Source: an uncultured Candidatus Binatia bacterium (lineage in GTDB: Bacteria > Desulfobacterota > Binatia > Bin18). From it: a stretch of 64,000 bases of DNA. Positions 21,931-30,981 of this stretch are shown piece by piece. Each line of letters begins with the position of its first letter. Position 1 is the stretch's first letter. Where the stretch lies: assembly GCA_965203745.1 (NCBI GenBank), contig CBDBDK010000001.1:478180-542179 (forward strand). The letters run 5' to 3'. The notes under the pieces are model-generated. The model made no database searches, was not told where the DNA came from, and was given only the letters and a program-made list of their open reading frames with translations. A program made the translations under genes and the position numbers.

Positions 21931-22938
21931 ATGCAACGCGGACTGATTTTTCCCGGAGGCGGGATGTCGCAGCGCGACATGATGGTTGTGGCCAAAGAAG
22001 CCGAAGCGGCCGGTTTTGATTCTCTGTATGTCACCGAAGCCTGGCGCAGCGCCTTCGTGCCGTTGACCGCGCTCGCCCTGGCAACCGAACGGGTCCGGAT
22101 TGGTTCCTACGTGCTGAACGCCTACGGTCGCAGCCCTTTTATTGCCGGTATGAGTGCGGTTGACGTGGACGAGATTTCCGGCGGACGGCTGCTCCTCGGG
22201 GTCGGCAGCGGCAACCGGCATATTAACGCCGAGTGGCAGGGTGTTCCGCACGAGAAACCCTACCAGAAAATGACCGAGTATATTGAAAACCTCAAACAAA
22301 TCGTTCGTACCCCCGCTGGTTCGCGCGTCTCCTACCAGGGCGAAATTCATACCATGGACTGGGTGCCGGCGGTGACGCCCATTCGCGAGAGCATTCCCAT
22401 ATACATCTCCGCCATTTTCCCGCGTATGGTCCGCGTCGCCGGTCGGGTCGCGGATGGCATCGCCATGGGCGCGATATTATCCGCACCGTACGCGCGCGAG
22501 GTGATTCAACCTGCGGCCCGAAAATCTGCGGAAGAAGCTGACCGCGACCCGCACGCCCTCGGCTTTCTGATGGGCTCGTTTGTCTCGGTGCATGAGGAGC
22601 GTGAAGTCGCCCGCCAAGCCGCGCGTGAAGCGATCTGTCGTCTCTTCTCTCCGCTGCCGCATCCGTATTACGAGTACATGCTGCGGGAACAGGGTTTCTC
22701 GCCTGCGGCAGACGCGGCGCTGAAGCACGTGCCCGAGGGAAATATCCAGAAAGCGGCGGAGGCCATGACCGACGAAGTGGTCGATACCGTCACCATCGCC
22801 GGAACGCCCGAGGAATGCCGGCGTCGTCTGTCCGAGTATGAAGGTGTTGTGGACGAGGTGATTTTTGTCAATGTGTCCTACGCGTCGGGAGCGGGTGCGG
22901 GTATGCTGGAGGGGTATCGGCGTTTATTGGCGGTATAA
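21931..22938 (+). CDS. LLM-class (luciferase-like) flavin/F420-dependent oxidoreductase
   Basis: AGFDSLYVTEAWR...GRLLLGVGSGN is the LLM TIM-barrel pattern; AGGAGAGG RBS. Confidence 0.8.
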   Translation: MQRGLIFPGGGMSQRDMMVVAKEAEAAGFDSLYVTEAWRSAFVPLTALALATERVRIGSYVLNAYGRSPFIAGMSAVDVDEISGGRLLLGVGSGNRHINAEWQGVPHEKPYQKMTEYIENLKQIVRTPAGSRVSYQGEIHTMDWVPAVTPIRESIPIYISAIFPRMVRVAGRVADGIAMGAILSAPYAREVIQPAARKSAEEADRDPHALGFLMGSFVSVHEEREVARQAAREAICRLFSPLPHPYYEYMLREQGFSPAADAALKHVPEGNIQKAAEAMTDEVVDTVTIAGTPEECRRRLSEYEGVVDEVIFVNVSYASGAGAGMLEGYRRLLAV

Positions 22939-22982
22939 TGTCTCCGCTGGTCCGTGCGAGAGGGCTATGGTAGAGAGATGGT

Positions 22983-23228
22983 ATGGCTACGATACAGCCT
23001 GTCGCGTACGATGAAATTGTCGATCTGTTTGCCGAACCTGCGATAGCAGAGCGTGTGCTCTCCTTTCATCCCTCGCCAGGGATGCAAGAACGCGTTGAGG
23101 CGTTGCTTGAAAAGAACCGGAATGGCACGTTGACTCCTGACGAGCAAGCTGAGCTTGATGAGGTTGAGCGCTTGGAGCATTTTATGCGCCTCGTAAAGGC
23201 GCGCTTGCGGCAAAAGCTCGCGCAATGA
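22983..23228 (+). CDS. Small hypothetical protein (81 aa), translationally coupled to the downstream HNH gene
   Basis: Its stop overlaps the HNH ATG by 4 nt. Acidic helical C-terminus (LTPDEQAELDEVERLEHFMRLVKARL). Confidence 0.4.
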   Translation: MATIQPVAYDEIVDLFAEPAIAERVLSFHPSPGMQERVEALLEKNRNGTLTPDEQAELDEVERLEHFMRLVKARLRQKLAQ

Positions 23229-23641
23229 GTCAACGCGTCTCTGCAAAGCTTCGTCTACAGATCCAACGCCAAGCTGCCGGACGGTGTGAGTATTGCTTGA
23301 TCCACGAAGACGATAGCTACGCTGCCCATCAAATTGACCACGTTTTGGCCCGCAAACATGGCGGCACAACAACACAGAGCAATCTGGCCTATGCGTGCAC
23401 GCTGTGTAATCGCTACAAGGGCAGCGATGTGGCCGCGCTCGACCCGGACACACAAGAGATTGTCCCGCTCTTTCATCCACGCCGGCAGCAATGGAAAGCC
23501 CATTTTTCGCTGCAAGGGGCAATGATCGTACCGCTCTCTGGGATAGGAAGAGCAACGGTGGCGCTCCTGAGAATCAACAGCACTGAACGGCTCCTTGAGC
23601 GTCAGGAACTGATCGAGGCCGGACGCTACGGACAGGTCTGA
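23225..23641 (+). CDS. HNH endonuclease
   Basis: 138 aa; CEYC...HQIDHVLARKHGG...NLAYACTLCNRYKG is a canonical HNH fold with two CxxC pairs. Confidence 0.8.
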   Translation: MSQRVSAKLRLQIQRQAAGRCEYCLIHEDDSYAAHQIDHVLARKHGGTTTQSNLAYACTLCNRYKGSDVAALDPDTQEIVPLFHPRRQQWKAHFSLQGAMIVPLSGIGRATVALLRINSTERLLERQELIEAGRYGQV

Positions 23642-23666
23642 GGCGTCATCTCGGATGCGTGTGGAT

Positions 23667-24404
23667 TTACACATCCGCAGCCAGGCTGGCCAAAGAGCCG
23701 GAGCGGGGGAGGGCAATCCAACCTTCCCGTTTGGCGGTCGCCATATGCTTCTGCGGAATGGGTTCGATCTGATCCGTGGCCGCAGCCCGAGCGACAAGAG
23801 CGGCCACGACCGCATCAAGCGCGTCGTCGCTCTTCTCGCATGCCTCTCTTGCGTCAACCGGCCAATCTAACCACTTTTCTGTGGCGGTCATCAAACATCT
23901 CGTCAACTCACGCCGGTTTTCCTCGCCCTCCTTCTTCTTGTAGCGGCTGGAAGGGAAACCCCACACATGCAGAGCGGCGGCGGGATACACCTCGACAAAA
24001 CGACCGCGGCCACTGCGATCGATCCGTCCGGTCTCGGAGAGCAAGCGGGCGGCGCGCATGGCCGTGACGCCGATCAGGTCCGATGACACGCTCAACGGCC
24101 AGCGCTTGATGCGCTCCCGCACGATGTGGTCCGTCGTCCGGTATCGGAGCGAAGCGGTAGAGACGGCGGGCCACACGTTCCGACGCTGGTGCGCGTAAAC
24201 GGCGGTGGCGAATGCGGTTGGCCAGCCGAACGGAGCGTCGATGCCGGTCTTGTCCGAGCGATCAAACATCTCCAGCAGTATCTCGTCGTCCGCTCCACAA
24301 CGAAGCTCAATGATCCGAGCTTCCGGCTTGACCCATTCGATGAGGCAATACGCGGTGTTCTCCGGCTGCGCCGCCAGATCGACACCGAGCGTCGTGTGGG
24401 ACAC
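23667..24404 (-). CDS. DUF429-family protein (predicted RNase-H-like fold)
   Basis: LGVDLAAQPENTAYCLIEW N-terminus and overall length are typical of DUF429. Confidence 0.55.
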   Translation of the reverse strand: MSHTTLGVDLAAQPENTAYCLIEWVKPEARIIELRCGADDEILLEMFDRSDKTGIDAPFGWPTAFATAVYAHQRRNVWPAVSTASLRYRTTDHIVRERIKRWPLSVSSDLIGVTAMRAARLLSETGRIDRSGRGRFVEVYPAAALHVWGFPSSRYKKKEGEENRRELTRCLMTATEKWLDWPVDAREACEKSDDALDAVVAALVARAAATDQIEPIPQKHMATAKREGWIALPRSGSLASLAADV

Positions 24405-24461
24405 CTGGGAACCCCTCGCAAACTATTTTTTGGATGGTAGACTTTCTCTCAGGAACCGTGG

Positions 24462-24737
24462 TTATTCCAAATGGTCGGGTAGGGATGAAAATTCAGCGAG
24501 GTTTATACTCTTACCGGCCTGAGAGTCCCGTTCGGCCTCCGCCAGCCGTTCCCGCCAGTCAGGCTGACTCATCTCCTCCAAGGTCGCAACCATCCCGGCG
24601 TAATCTTCGTAGTTGACAAGCAAGGCCGCCGGCCGGCCTCTTTGCGTAATCACGACCGGGTCTCGCGTATTCTTTACGCGCTCAACAATTTTCTTGGCCT
24701 GACTCTGAAGATCCGAGATCGGAACGATTGTTTCCAT
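24462..24737 (-). CDS. Phd/YefM-type antitoxin-like protein
   Basis: METIVPISDLQSQAKKIVERVKNTRDPVVITQRGRPAALLVNYEDY is the Phd/YefM N-terminal fold. The track ORF is extended upstream; METIV is the likelier start. Confidence 0.6.
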   Translation of the reverse strand: METIVPISDLQSQAKKIVERVKNTRDPVVITQRGRPAALLVNYEDYAGMVATLEEMSQPDWRERLAEAERDSQAGKSINLAEFSSLPDHLE

Positions 24738-24980
24738 AAGGACACCTATAAACTTATATATGGACAAGTCTATAGCCAAAGAGCTGTGCAGGTGGCCCCA
24801 TCATGCCGGACGTGATACGTCCCCCGGAGTGTACTTCGACTCCGCCCCTCCGGAGCTACGCTCAGCACGAACGGCGATGGGAGCCGAGTGGCTACACATA
24901 ATAGTGAAACGCTCTGGTAAAAGCAGGCTTATGAAAAAAGCTTGCTCAAGATTCAACGCCAATACGGTTGAATTGCACAG

Positions 24981-26189
24981 TCAGGCTTCTTCTTCGTTGC
25001 GCATGGCCTCAAAATCATCTACCTCGGGCGTGACGACTTCGATGAAACGCCTGAGCGTGTCGGCCAGTGTTTTGGCGAAAGGCTCGTCCAGCGCATCTGC
25101 ATGACGTGATACTGTCAACTCGCACCAGGTGCCTTTTCTTGTCAACTCCTGATCCTCATAGACGCGCAGCTCTTCGATCCTGTCAACCAGGGCTTCGAGT
25201 TCACTTGTAGAAAGGTTCACAGACCCCGCCTTCGCCGAATTCCAATATCCCACTTTCGCTGTCCATTGAGCAACGCCTGAGTCGCTCTCCTTTCCTGGGT
25301 ACAGGTAAACTAGGTAGGCCAAATACGCGCTCCAAGGCAGACGCGAGTACCAGACGTTATAGTAGCGATAGTCGGTCGACGCCCCCGCCCATCTACTCTT
25401 CTTGTTCGGCTTGAGTTCGTCCGGCAAGTCGTCTATAGCCAGTTCTCCAACTCCTCTGAGGAATCGCGTAACCTCATCGTCTTTGTTCGGATTCTGTCGC
25501 GGTGAGCGGGCCCTCCGTATCGTGGGTCCGCTTTTGCTCGGTGAATCGCCGACCCCGATGACGTAATCCTCTACTCCTGGCACAGGTATGATTGTGGAAG
25601 TCTGTATGTACAGCGAACCGGTCTTCGCATCCCGGTAAGGCGTCAGTTGGACGCAAGTGATGAGGTCTTTGCCGGTGATTTTCTCGTTCAGCCAAAGCAC
25701 GGCAGAAGTTACTTCTGGAGCGAACCTGTGGCTCGCGAGGATGATATGCTGGTCGTTGTTCAGAATATCAAGGTTGTCCGACTCAAGATGTTGCAACAGC
25801 CTGTTCTCGGCTTCTGACTCCGACACCTTTTTGTAGTCGGCAAGCATGCGAATGATATTGTCTGGACTGGTGCTGTGGAGATAGCTTGCGTACTTGATGG
25901 CCTGCCAGTGGACATCCGCGCCCGTGTCGTCGCGCTTCAGTTCGATGACGACCAGCTTCCCGTCCGCATCCACCGCCAACAGATCGAGTCTCTCGTTCGT
26001 CTTGTCGAAGCCGCTGAACTCCTTACCAATTATCAGTAGATCCTCGCCCAGGATGCCCGGGTTGGCGGCTACCCATTCCTGTATGTCCTGCCGCTCCTGG
26101 AATCCCAGTTGGGAGAACTCGACCTCTTCTATCCTCTCGGACTCTTGGCTTTCCGGATTGACTCGAAACAACTGTGGTTCAGTGCTCAC
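24981..26189 (-). CDS. PD-(D/E)xK nuclease-domain protein (NucS/DUF91-like core) with a roughly 250-aa uncharacterised C-terminal extension
   Basis: RLDLLAVDADGKLVVIELKRDD...QAIKYASYL (D...D-x-ELK nuclease core), preceded by a QERQDIQEWVAANPGILGEDL helix. G+C is visibly lower than the flanks. Confidence 0.55.
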   Translation of the reverse strand: MSTEPQLFRVNPESQESERIEEVEFSQLGFQERQDIQEWVAANPGILGEDLLIIGKEFSGFDKTNERLDLLAVDADGKLVVIELKRDDTGADVHWQAIKYASYLHSTSPDNIIRMLADYKKVSESEAENRLLQHLESDNLDILNNDQHIILASHRFAPEVTSAVLWLNEKITGKDLITCVQLTPYRDAKTGSLYIQTSTIIPVPGVEDYVIGVGDSPSKSGPTIRRARSPRQNPNKDDEVTRFLRGVGELAIDDLPDELKPNKKSRWAGASTDYRYYNVWYSRLPWSAYLAYLVYLYPGKESDSGVAQWTAKVGYWNSAKAGSVNLSTSELEALVDRIEELRVYEDQELTRKGTWCELTVSRHADALDEPFAKTLADTLRRFIEVVTPEVDDFEAMRNEEEA

Positions 26190-26284
26190 ATGTTCTCCGT
26201 TCTCCTGTATCAGAATTACATCGGTGTAGGGCGTCGCTCCACGGCTTAGAAAATCCCTAACACGTTTTAGCCCTTCTTGGCGCG

Positions 26285-26665
26285 CTACTCGCTCTTGGCA
26301 TTCTTCTCGTCGATGCTGTCGAAGACCTGTTTAGCGATACGCAGGCCGTTGACGCCGACCGGCCAGCCGCCGTAGTGGGCGAGGTGGATCATGATCTCGT
26401 TGATCTTGTCGCGGCTGATGCCGATGTTGAGTGCGCCGCGGATGTGAACCTTGAGTTCAGGGTCACGGCCCAGCACGGTCAGGGCGGCCATGGTAATCAT
26501 TGAGCGCTCTTGAATGGCCAGGCCGTCCCGGCCCCAAATATCGCCGAACAGATTTTTTACCGTGATATCCAGAAAATCCTCGTGCATGCTACCCGGTCGG
26601 GGTTCTACGCCGAAGAGTTCCTTCATCTTTGCCGCACCCTTTTGATAACGTTCGGAATCTGCCAT
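26285..26665 (-). CDS. Carboxymuconolactone decarboxylase (CMD/AhpD-like) family protein
   Basis: 126 aa; ITMAALTVLGRDPELKVHIRGALNIGISRDKINEIMIHLAHYGGWP. Confidence 0.75.
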   Translation of the reverse strand: MADSERYQKGAAKMKELFGVEPRPGSMHEDFLDITVKNLFGDIWGRDGLAIQERSMITMAALTVLGRDPELKVHIRGALNIGISRDKINEIMIHLAHYGGWPVGVNGLRIAKQVFDSIDEKNAKSE

Positions 26666-26783
26666 ATTCGCCTCCTTCTCCTATAAGATGTCCCTGCTGG
26701 ACCCTTGCCCAGTAGGGGTCCGTTGTCTAGTATCAGACCGGCTGTTCTGTCGTCAAAACAGCATGGCTGAAAGATAGTGTCTG

Positions 26784-27104
26784 ATGTCTCTCGAAATCAC
26801 CGTTCACGAACTCCAGGCCAAACAAAACGCAGGTGAAGACTTTGTGCTGCTCGATGTCCGTGAAGCCGAAGAAGTGGCGCTGGTGCAACTCCCGCACTCG
26901 GTCCATATTCCGATGGGCGATATCCCCAGCCGTTTGCCCGAACTCGACCCTGAGGCCGAGATTGTGGTCTACTGCCACCACGGGGTGCGGAGTCTGCGCG
27001 TAGTCCACTTCCTGCGTCAGCACGACTTCGCGCAGGTCGTTAATCTGGCGGGCGGGATAGACGCCTGGGCCAACGAGATCGACCCCCGTATGGCCCGATA
27101 CTAA
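26784..27104 (+). CDS. Rhodanese-domain sulfurtransferase
   Basis: FVLLDVRE...VVYCHHGVRS is the catalytic Cys loop. Confidence 0.85.
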   Translation: MSLEITVHELQAKQNAGEDFVLLDVREAEEVALVQLPHSVHIPMGDIPSRLPELDPEAEIVVYCHHGVRSLRVVHFLRQHDFAQVVNLAGGIDAWANEIDPRMARY

Positions 27105-27127
27105 ATCTGTAGTGAGATAGGAACACT

Positions 27128-28363
27128 ATGAGCGGACATCCTTCCTCCATGCCTGATCCCCAGGCCCCAGGCCCCCTATATGGTATCCGCGTGGTTGAAT
27201 GTGGTCATATGGTCGCGGCTGCGTATGCGGGCAAGCTGATGGCCGACCTTGGCGCGGAGGTAATCAAAGTCGAAGAACCGAGTGGCGACCTTGCCCGGCA
27301 GCGCGGACCCTATCCAGGGAATACCCCCCATCCCGAAAAGAGCGGGCTGTTTCTGTATCTGAATACGAATAAGCGCGGGGTGACGCTGAACCTGGAGACG
27401 GTAAAAGGCCGGGAGTTGTTCCAGCGACTGGTCAAAGACGCGGATGTCGTGGTCCATAATTATCATCCCACCCAGCTCGCCTCGCTTGGTCTGGAGTATG
27501 AGGCCCTGGCCCAGCAGAATCCCAAGCTGGTCATGACCTCGATTTCACCCTTTGGCCAAACCGGTCCACACCGGGATTACACCGCGCATGATTTAACCAT
27601 GTGGACTGCGGGGGGCATTGTCTTTCTGGGCGGACTGGGTGGACGACCGGACCTGCCGCCCCTCAAGGCCGCCGGTCAACAGGCGGGATTCCAGGCTGGG
27701 GTCAATGCGGGCATTGCCTCTTTGGGAGCCCTGTACGCCCGACTCGGAACGGGCAGAGGCCAGCACATCGACATCTCGGTTCAAGAGTGTCTGGTCGCCA
27801 TTATGGAGAACAACTATATTGCCTGGCCGTACGATCAGACGACGCCGTCGAGACTGGGCTTTCGGCTGATTCCCCAGGACGTCCTGCCCTGCCGCGACGG
27901 TTATATTTATGTGCTCGCGGTTGAAGGGCATCAGTGGCAGAATGCGGTCGAGCTCATGGGCAATCCGGAATGGGCGGATACCGAACTCTTCCAGGATTTT
28001 GTGGCGCGTTCGGTCAACTGGGACGCCCTGAAAGCGTTGCTGGAAGACTGGTTGCAGGACAAGTCGGTCCACGAGGTCTACCATGGGGCGCAGAAACGGC
28101 GTGTGCCTTTTGCGCCGGTTTCGACCATGGGCGACCTGCTCAAATCCGACCATCTCAACGCGCGGGGCTTTTTTGCCGAGATCGGACATCCCGAAGCCGG
28201 CTCTCTTCGCTATCCGGGGGCGCCGTTCAAATTTGCCGCCTCGCCGTGGACCCTGCGCAGTCCGGCCCCATGTCTGGGCCAGCACAATGAGGAGGTCTAC
28301 GGCGGGCAGCTTGGGCTTGCGCCGGAAGAATTGCAGGCGTTGCAAGAAACGAAGATTATTTGA
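27128..28363 (+). CDS. Family III CoA-transferase
   Basis: GIRVVECGHMVAAAYAGKLMADLGAEVIKVE. Confidence 0.85.
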   Translation: MSGHPSSMPDPQAPGPLYGIRVVECGHMVAAAYAGKLMADLGAEVIKVEEPSGDLARQRGPYPGNTPHPEKSGLFLYLNTNKRGVTLNLETVKGRELFQRLVKDADVVVHNYHPTQLASLGLEYEALAQQNPKLVMTSISPFGQTGPHRDYTAHDLTMWTAGGIVFLGGLGGRPDLPPLKAAGQQAGFQAGVNAGIASLGALYARLGTGRGQHIDISVQECLVAIMENNYIAWPYDQTTPSRLGFRLIPQDVLPCRDGYIYVLAVEGHQWQNAVELMGNPEWADTELFQDFVARSVNWDALKALLEDWLQDKSVHEVYHGAQKRRVPFAPVSTMGDLLKSDHLNARGFFAEIGHPEAGSLRYPGAPFKFAASPWTLRSPAPCLGQHNEEVYGGQLGLAPEELQALQETKII

Positions 28364-28437
28364 TTGGGGATTGGGAACTGGGGATTGGGGGCTGGGCTGC
28401 CAACCCCTAATCCCCAATCCTCCCTAGAAGGTGAAGA

Positions 28438-29658
28438 ATGATGTCTGAGCAATTACCGTTATCGGGTGTGCGTGTTGCCGATTTTACCTGGGTTTGGGCC
28501 GGGCCGTTCTGCACCTTGCAACTGGCTCATCTGGGGGCCGAGGTCATTCGGATCGAGTCAGAGAGCCGCCTGTGTGTCACGCGGCGTATCCCGCCGGTTG
28601 CCGACGGGGAAGCCGGGCCGAACCGCTGTGGGTATTTCAATCAGTACAACCAGGGCAAACACTCAATCTGCCTCAATCTCAAAAAGCCGGAGGGTCTGGC
28701 GGTCGCAAAAAAGCTGGTTGCAGCCAGCGATATCGTTGCTGAGAATTTTGCCGCGGGTGTCATGGACCGAATGGGCCTGGGCTATGAAACCCTCAAAGCG
28801 ATAAAGTCCGATATCATCATGATTGCGCTCTCCGGCTATGGTGCGACCGGACCGGAAAGCCCATATGTGTCCTATGGTCCGGCCCAGGTGCCGATGAGCG
28901 GGCTGGCCTCCCTGACGGGCTTTCCCGACTCCCCCCCGATGAGCGTCGGGTTTTCTTATGGCGACCCGAACGGCGGGCTGCACGGCGCTTTTGCCGTGTT
29001 GGCCGCGATGATGCATCGCGCCCGGACTGGGGAGGGGCAGTATATTGACATGTCGCAGTGGGAGACCTCGGTGGCGCTCGTGGGCGAAGGGATCATGGCT
29101 CAGGAAATGAACGCCGCCGCACCCCAGCGGATGGGCAACCGCGACCCGTATATGGCTCCGCACGGCCTGTTCCGCTGTCAGGGGGAAGACCGCTGGGTCA
29201 GTATTGTGGCGGCGGACGACGACGAGTGGCAGCGGCTGTGTGCGGTCATGGAGAAACCGGACCTGGCGAGTGATGCTCGGTTTGCGACGCTGGCAGACCG
29301 GAAGGACAACGAAGATGCCCTCGAAGCCGCTGTCACGGACTGGACTGCCACGCGGGCCGCGGAAGAGGTCACCCGCACGCTCCAGGCGGCGGGTTTGGCC
29401 GCCTTTCCGGCCGTGACCAATAAGGAATTGGCCGAAGACGAGCATCTGCGCTCTCGCCCCTTCTTTGCCGCGCTTGAGCACCCGGAGGTCGGTGTGCGGC
29501 AACATGCCGGCATCCCGTGGCACTTCTCGGATACTCCGTGTCAGGTCCGTCGGTCCGCGCCCTGTTTTGGCCAGGATACCGAGGATGTGTTGCAGCGCGT
29601 ATTGGGCTATTCGGCAGACGAAGTCGCCACCCTCAAGGGTAACGGGGTCTTAAGCTGA
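28438..29658 (+). CDS. Family III CoA-transferase
   Basis: LSGVRVADFTWVWAGPFCTLQLAHLGAEVIRIE. Confidence 0.85.
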   Translation: MMSEQLPLSGVRVADFTWVWAGPFCTLQLAHLGAEVIRIESESRLCVTRRIPPVADGEAGPNRCGYFNQYNQGKHSICLNLKKPEGLAVAKKLVAASDIVAENFAAGVMDRMGLGYETLKAIKSDIIMIALSGYGATGPESPYVSYGPAQVPMSGLASLTGFPDSPPMSVGFSYGDPNGGLHGAFAVLAAMMHRARTGEGQYIDMSQWETSVALVGEGIMAQEMNAAAPQRMGNRDPYMAPHGLFRCQGEDRWVSIVAADDDEWQRLCAVMEKPDLASDARFATLADRKDNEDALEAAVTDWTATRAAEEVTRTLQAAGLAAFPAVTNKELAEDEHLRSRPFFAALEHPEVGVRQHAGIPWHFSDTPCQVRRSAPCFGQDTEDVLQRVLGYSADEVATLKGNGVLS

Positions 29659-29689
29659 GGGCGGTTGGTCTCCTCTGAAAAATCACCTG

Positions 29690-30100
29690 ATGCGATTCCC
29701 TTTGCCTTTTCTCTTTTTGCTGGTTGGGTTTCTTCTGGTGTCCGGCGGTGCGGCAGGTCCGGTTCATGCGCAGCATGGCGGTCTGCCTATAGAACTGTAT
29801 GGGATGATCAGCTTGGCGCCGGGCAGTCAGGTCGTGACGCTTGCCGTGGGAAAAGGAGAGACGCTGCGGTTTCGGGTCCAGGATGTGGAGAGCCGCTATC
29901 CCGATTTCTCAGTGATTAATTTTCTGTCCGAAATTCGTCATCGTGAGCCGAATCTGTATATCAAGGGTCCGGCGCATTATGTGGACCTGTTGCGCAAGGA
30001 AGAGCCCGAAAAACGTCTGCTCCGGCTCACCGGCTTATACTATGCGAGCGCCCGCAATTTCGTGCTGAGCCGGGTGCGGCCGGTCCGGCCGGGCGAGTAG
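29690..30100 (+). CDS. Secreted hypothetical protein
   Basis: N-terminal signal peptide MRFPLPFLFLLVGFLLVSGGAAGPVHA. Confidence 0.45.
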   Translation: MRFPLPFLFLLVGFLLVSGGAAGPVHAQHGGLPIELYGMISLAPGSQVVTLAVGKGETLRFRVQDVESRYPDFSVINFLSEIRHREPNLYIKGPAHYVDLLRKEEPEKRLLRLTGLYYASARNFVLSRVRPVRPGE

Positions 30101-30208
30101 GAGAGCGACGCTTCTCAATCCCGGTATCAGAGGACTGCGCGAGATCAGCGCGCTATCGAAGCGCGGCATCTCCTGCCTGCCAGGCCGTTGCTGAAGGAGG
30201 ACGGTAGG

Positions 30209-30946
30209 ATGAGCGAACAAAAGAAAGCGATTGTGGTCGGCGTCGGAGCCGAGGTCGGGGTTGGCGGGGCGGTCTGCCACCGCCTGGCGCGTGAGGGCCT
30301 GCACGTGTTTATTGCCGGGCGCACCCAGGACAGGCTGGAGCATCTCGCGCGGAGCATTCAGACCAACGGCGGAACCGCAACCGGAGTAGTGACGGATACC
30401 ACGCAGGAGCCTGATGTCCTCCGCTTGTTTGATACCGCGGAAAACCAGGGCGACGGTGTGCTGGACTGCGTGGTGTATAACGCGGGCAATAATTTTCCCA
30501 AGCCGCTACTGGAGACCGAAGCCGAGTTCTTTGAGATGGTCTGGCGGGTGGGCTGCCTGGGCGGCTTTCTGGTCGGTCGGGAAGCTGGTCGGCGCATGAT
30601 CCCCCGTGGACGGGGAACCATTATTTTTACCGGTGCGACCGCCTCGATTAAGGGCCGCCCGCCGTTCGGTTCGTTTGCCTCGGCCAAAGCGGCCCTGCGT
30701 TCTCTGTCGCAAACCATGGCACGCGACTGGGGACCGCAGGGGATACACGTGGCGCATGTGATTATCGACGGTGGTATTAACGGTGACCTGCTGAACACCC
30801 GCCGCCCACAACTCAAGGAGCAGCGCGGGGAAGACGGCCTGTTGGACGTTGACGCCATTGCCGATACCTATTGGCACCTCTATACCCAGGATAAAACCGC
30901 CTGGGCCCAGGAAATCGACCTCCGGCCGTATAAAGAAACGTTTTAA
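30209..30946 (+). CDS. SDR-family oxidoreductase
   Basis: KKAIVVGVGAEVGVGGAVCHRLAREG Rossmann motif; NAG motif; S...A...K catalytic spacing. Start taken at MSEQKK. Confidence 0.75.
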   Translation: MSEQKKAIVVGVGAEVGVGGAVCHRLAREGLHVFIAGRTQDRLEHLARSIQTNGGTATGVVTDTTQEPDVLRLFDTAENQGDGVLDCVVYNAGNNFPKPLLETEAEFFEMVWRVGCLGGFLVGREAGRRMIPRGRGTIIFTGATASIKGRPPFGSFASAKAALRSLSQTMARDWGPQGIHVAHVIIDGGINGDLLNTRRPQLKEQRGEDGLLDVDAIADTYWHLYTQDKTAWAQEIDLRPYKETF

Positions 30947-30981
30947 GCCTGGGTCGGTCGGGGCGGAAAGAAGGGGAACGT

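Noticed and set aside
24806-24821. 16-nt match tcatgccggacgtgat shared between 24806-24821 and the 36741 hairpin
   Set aside because: A single 16-mer coincidence is expected about once by chance in 64 kb of compositionally biased DNA. The flanks do not extend the match, and only the 36.7-kb copy is palindromic.
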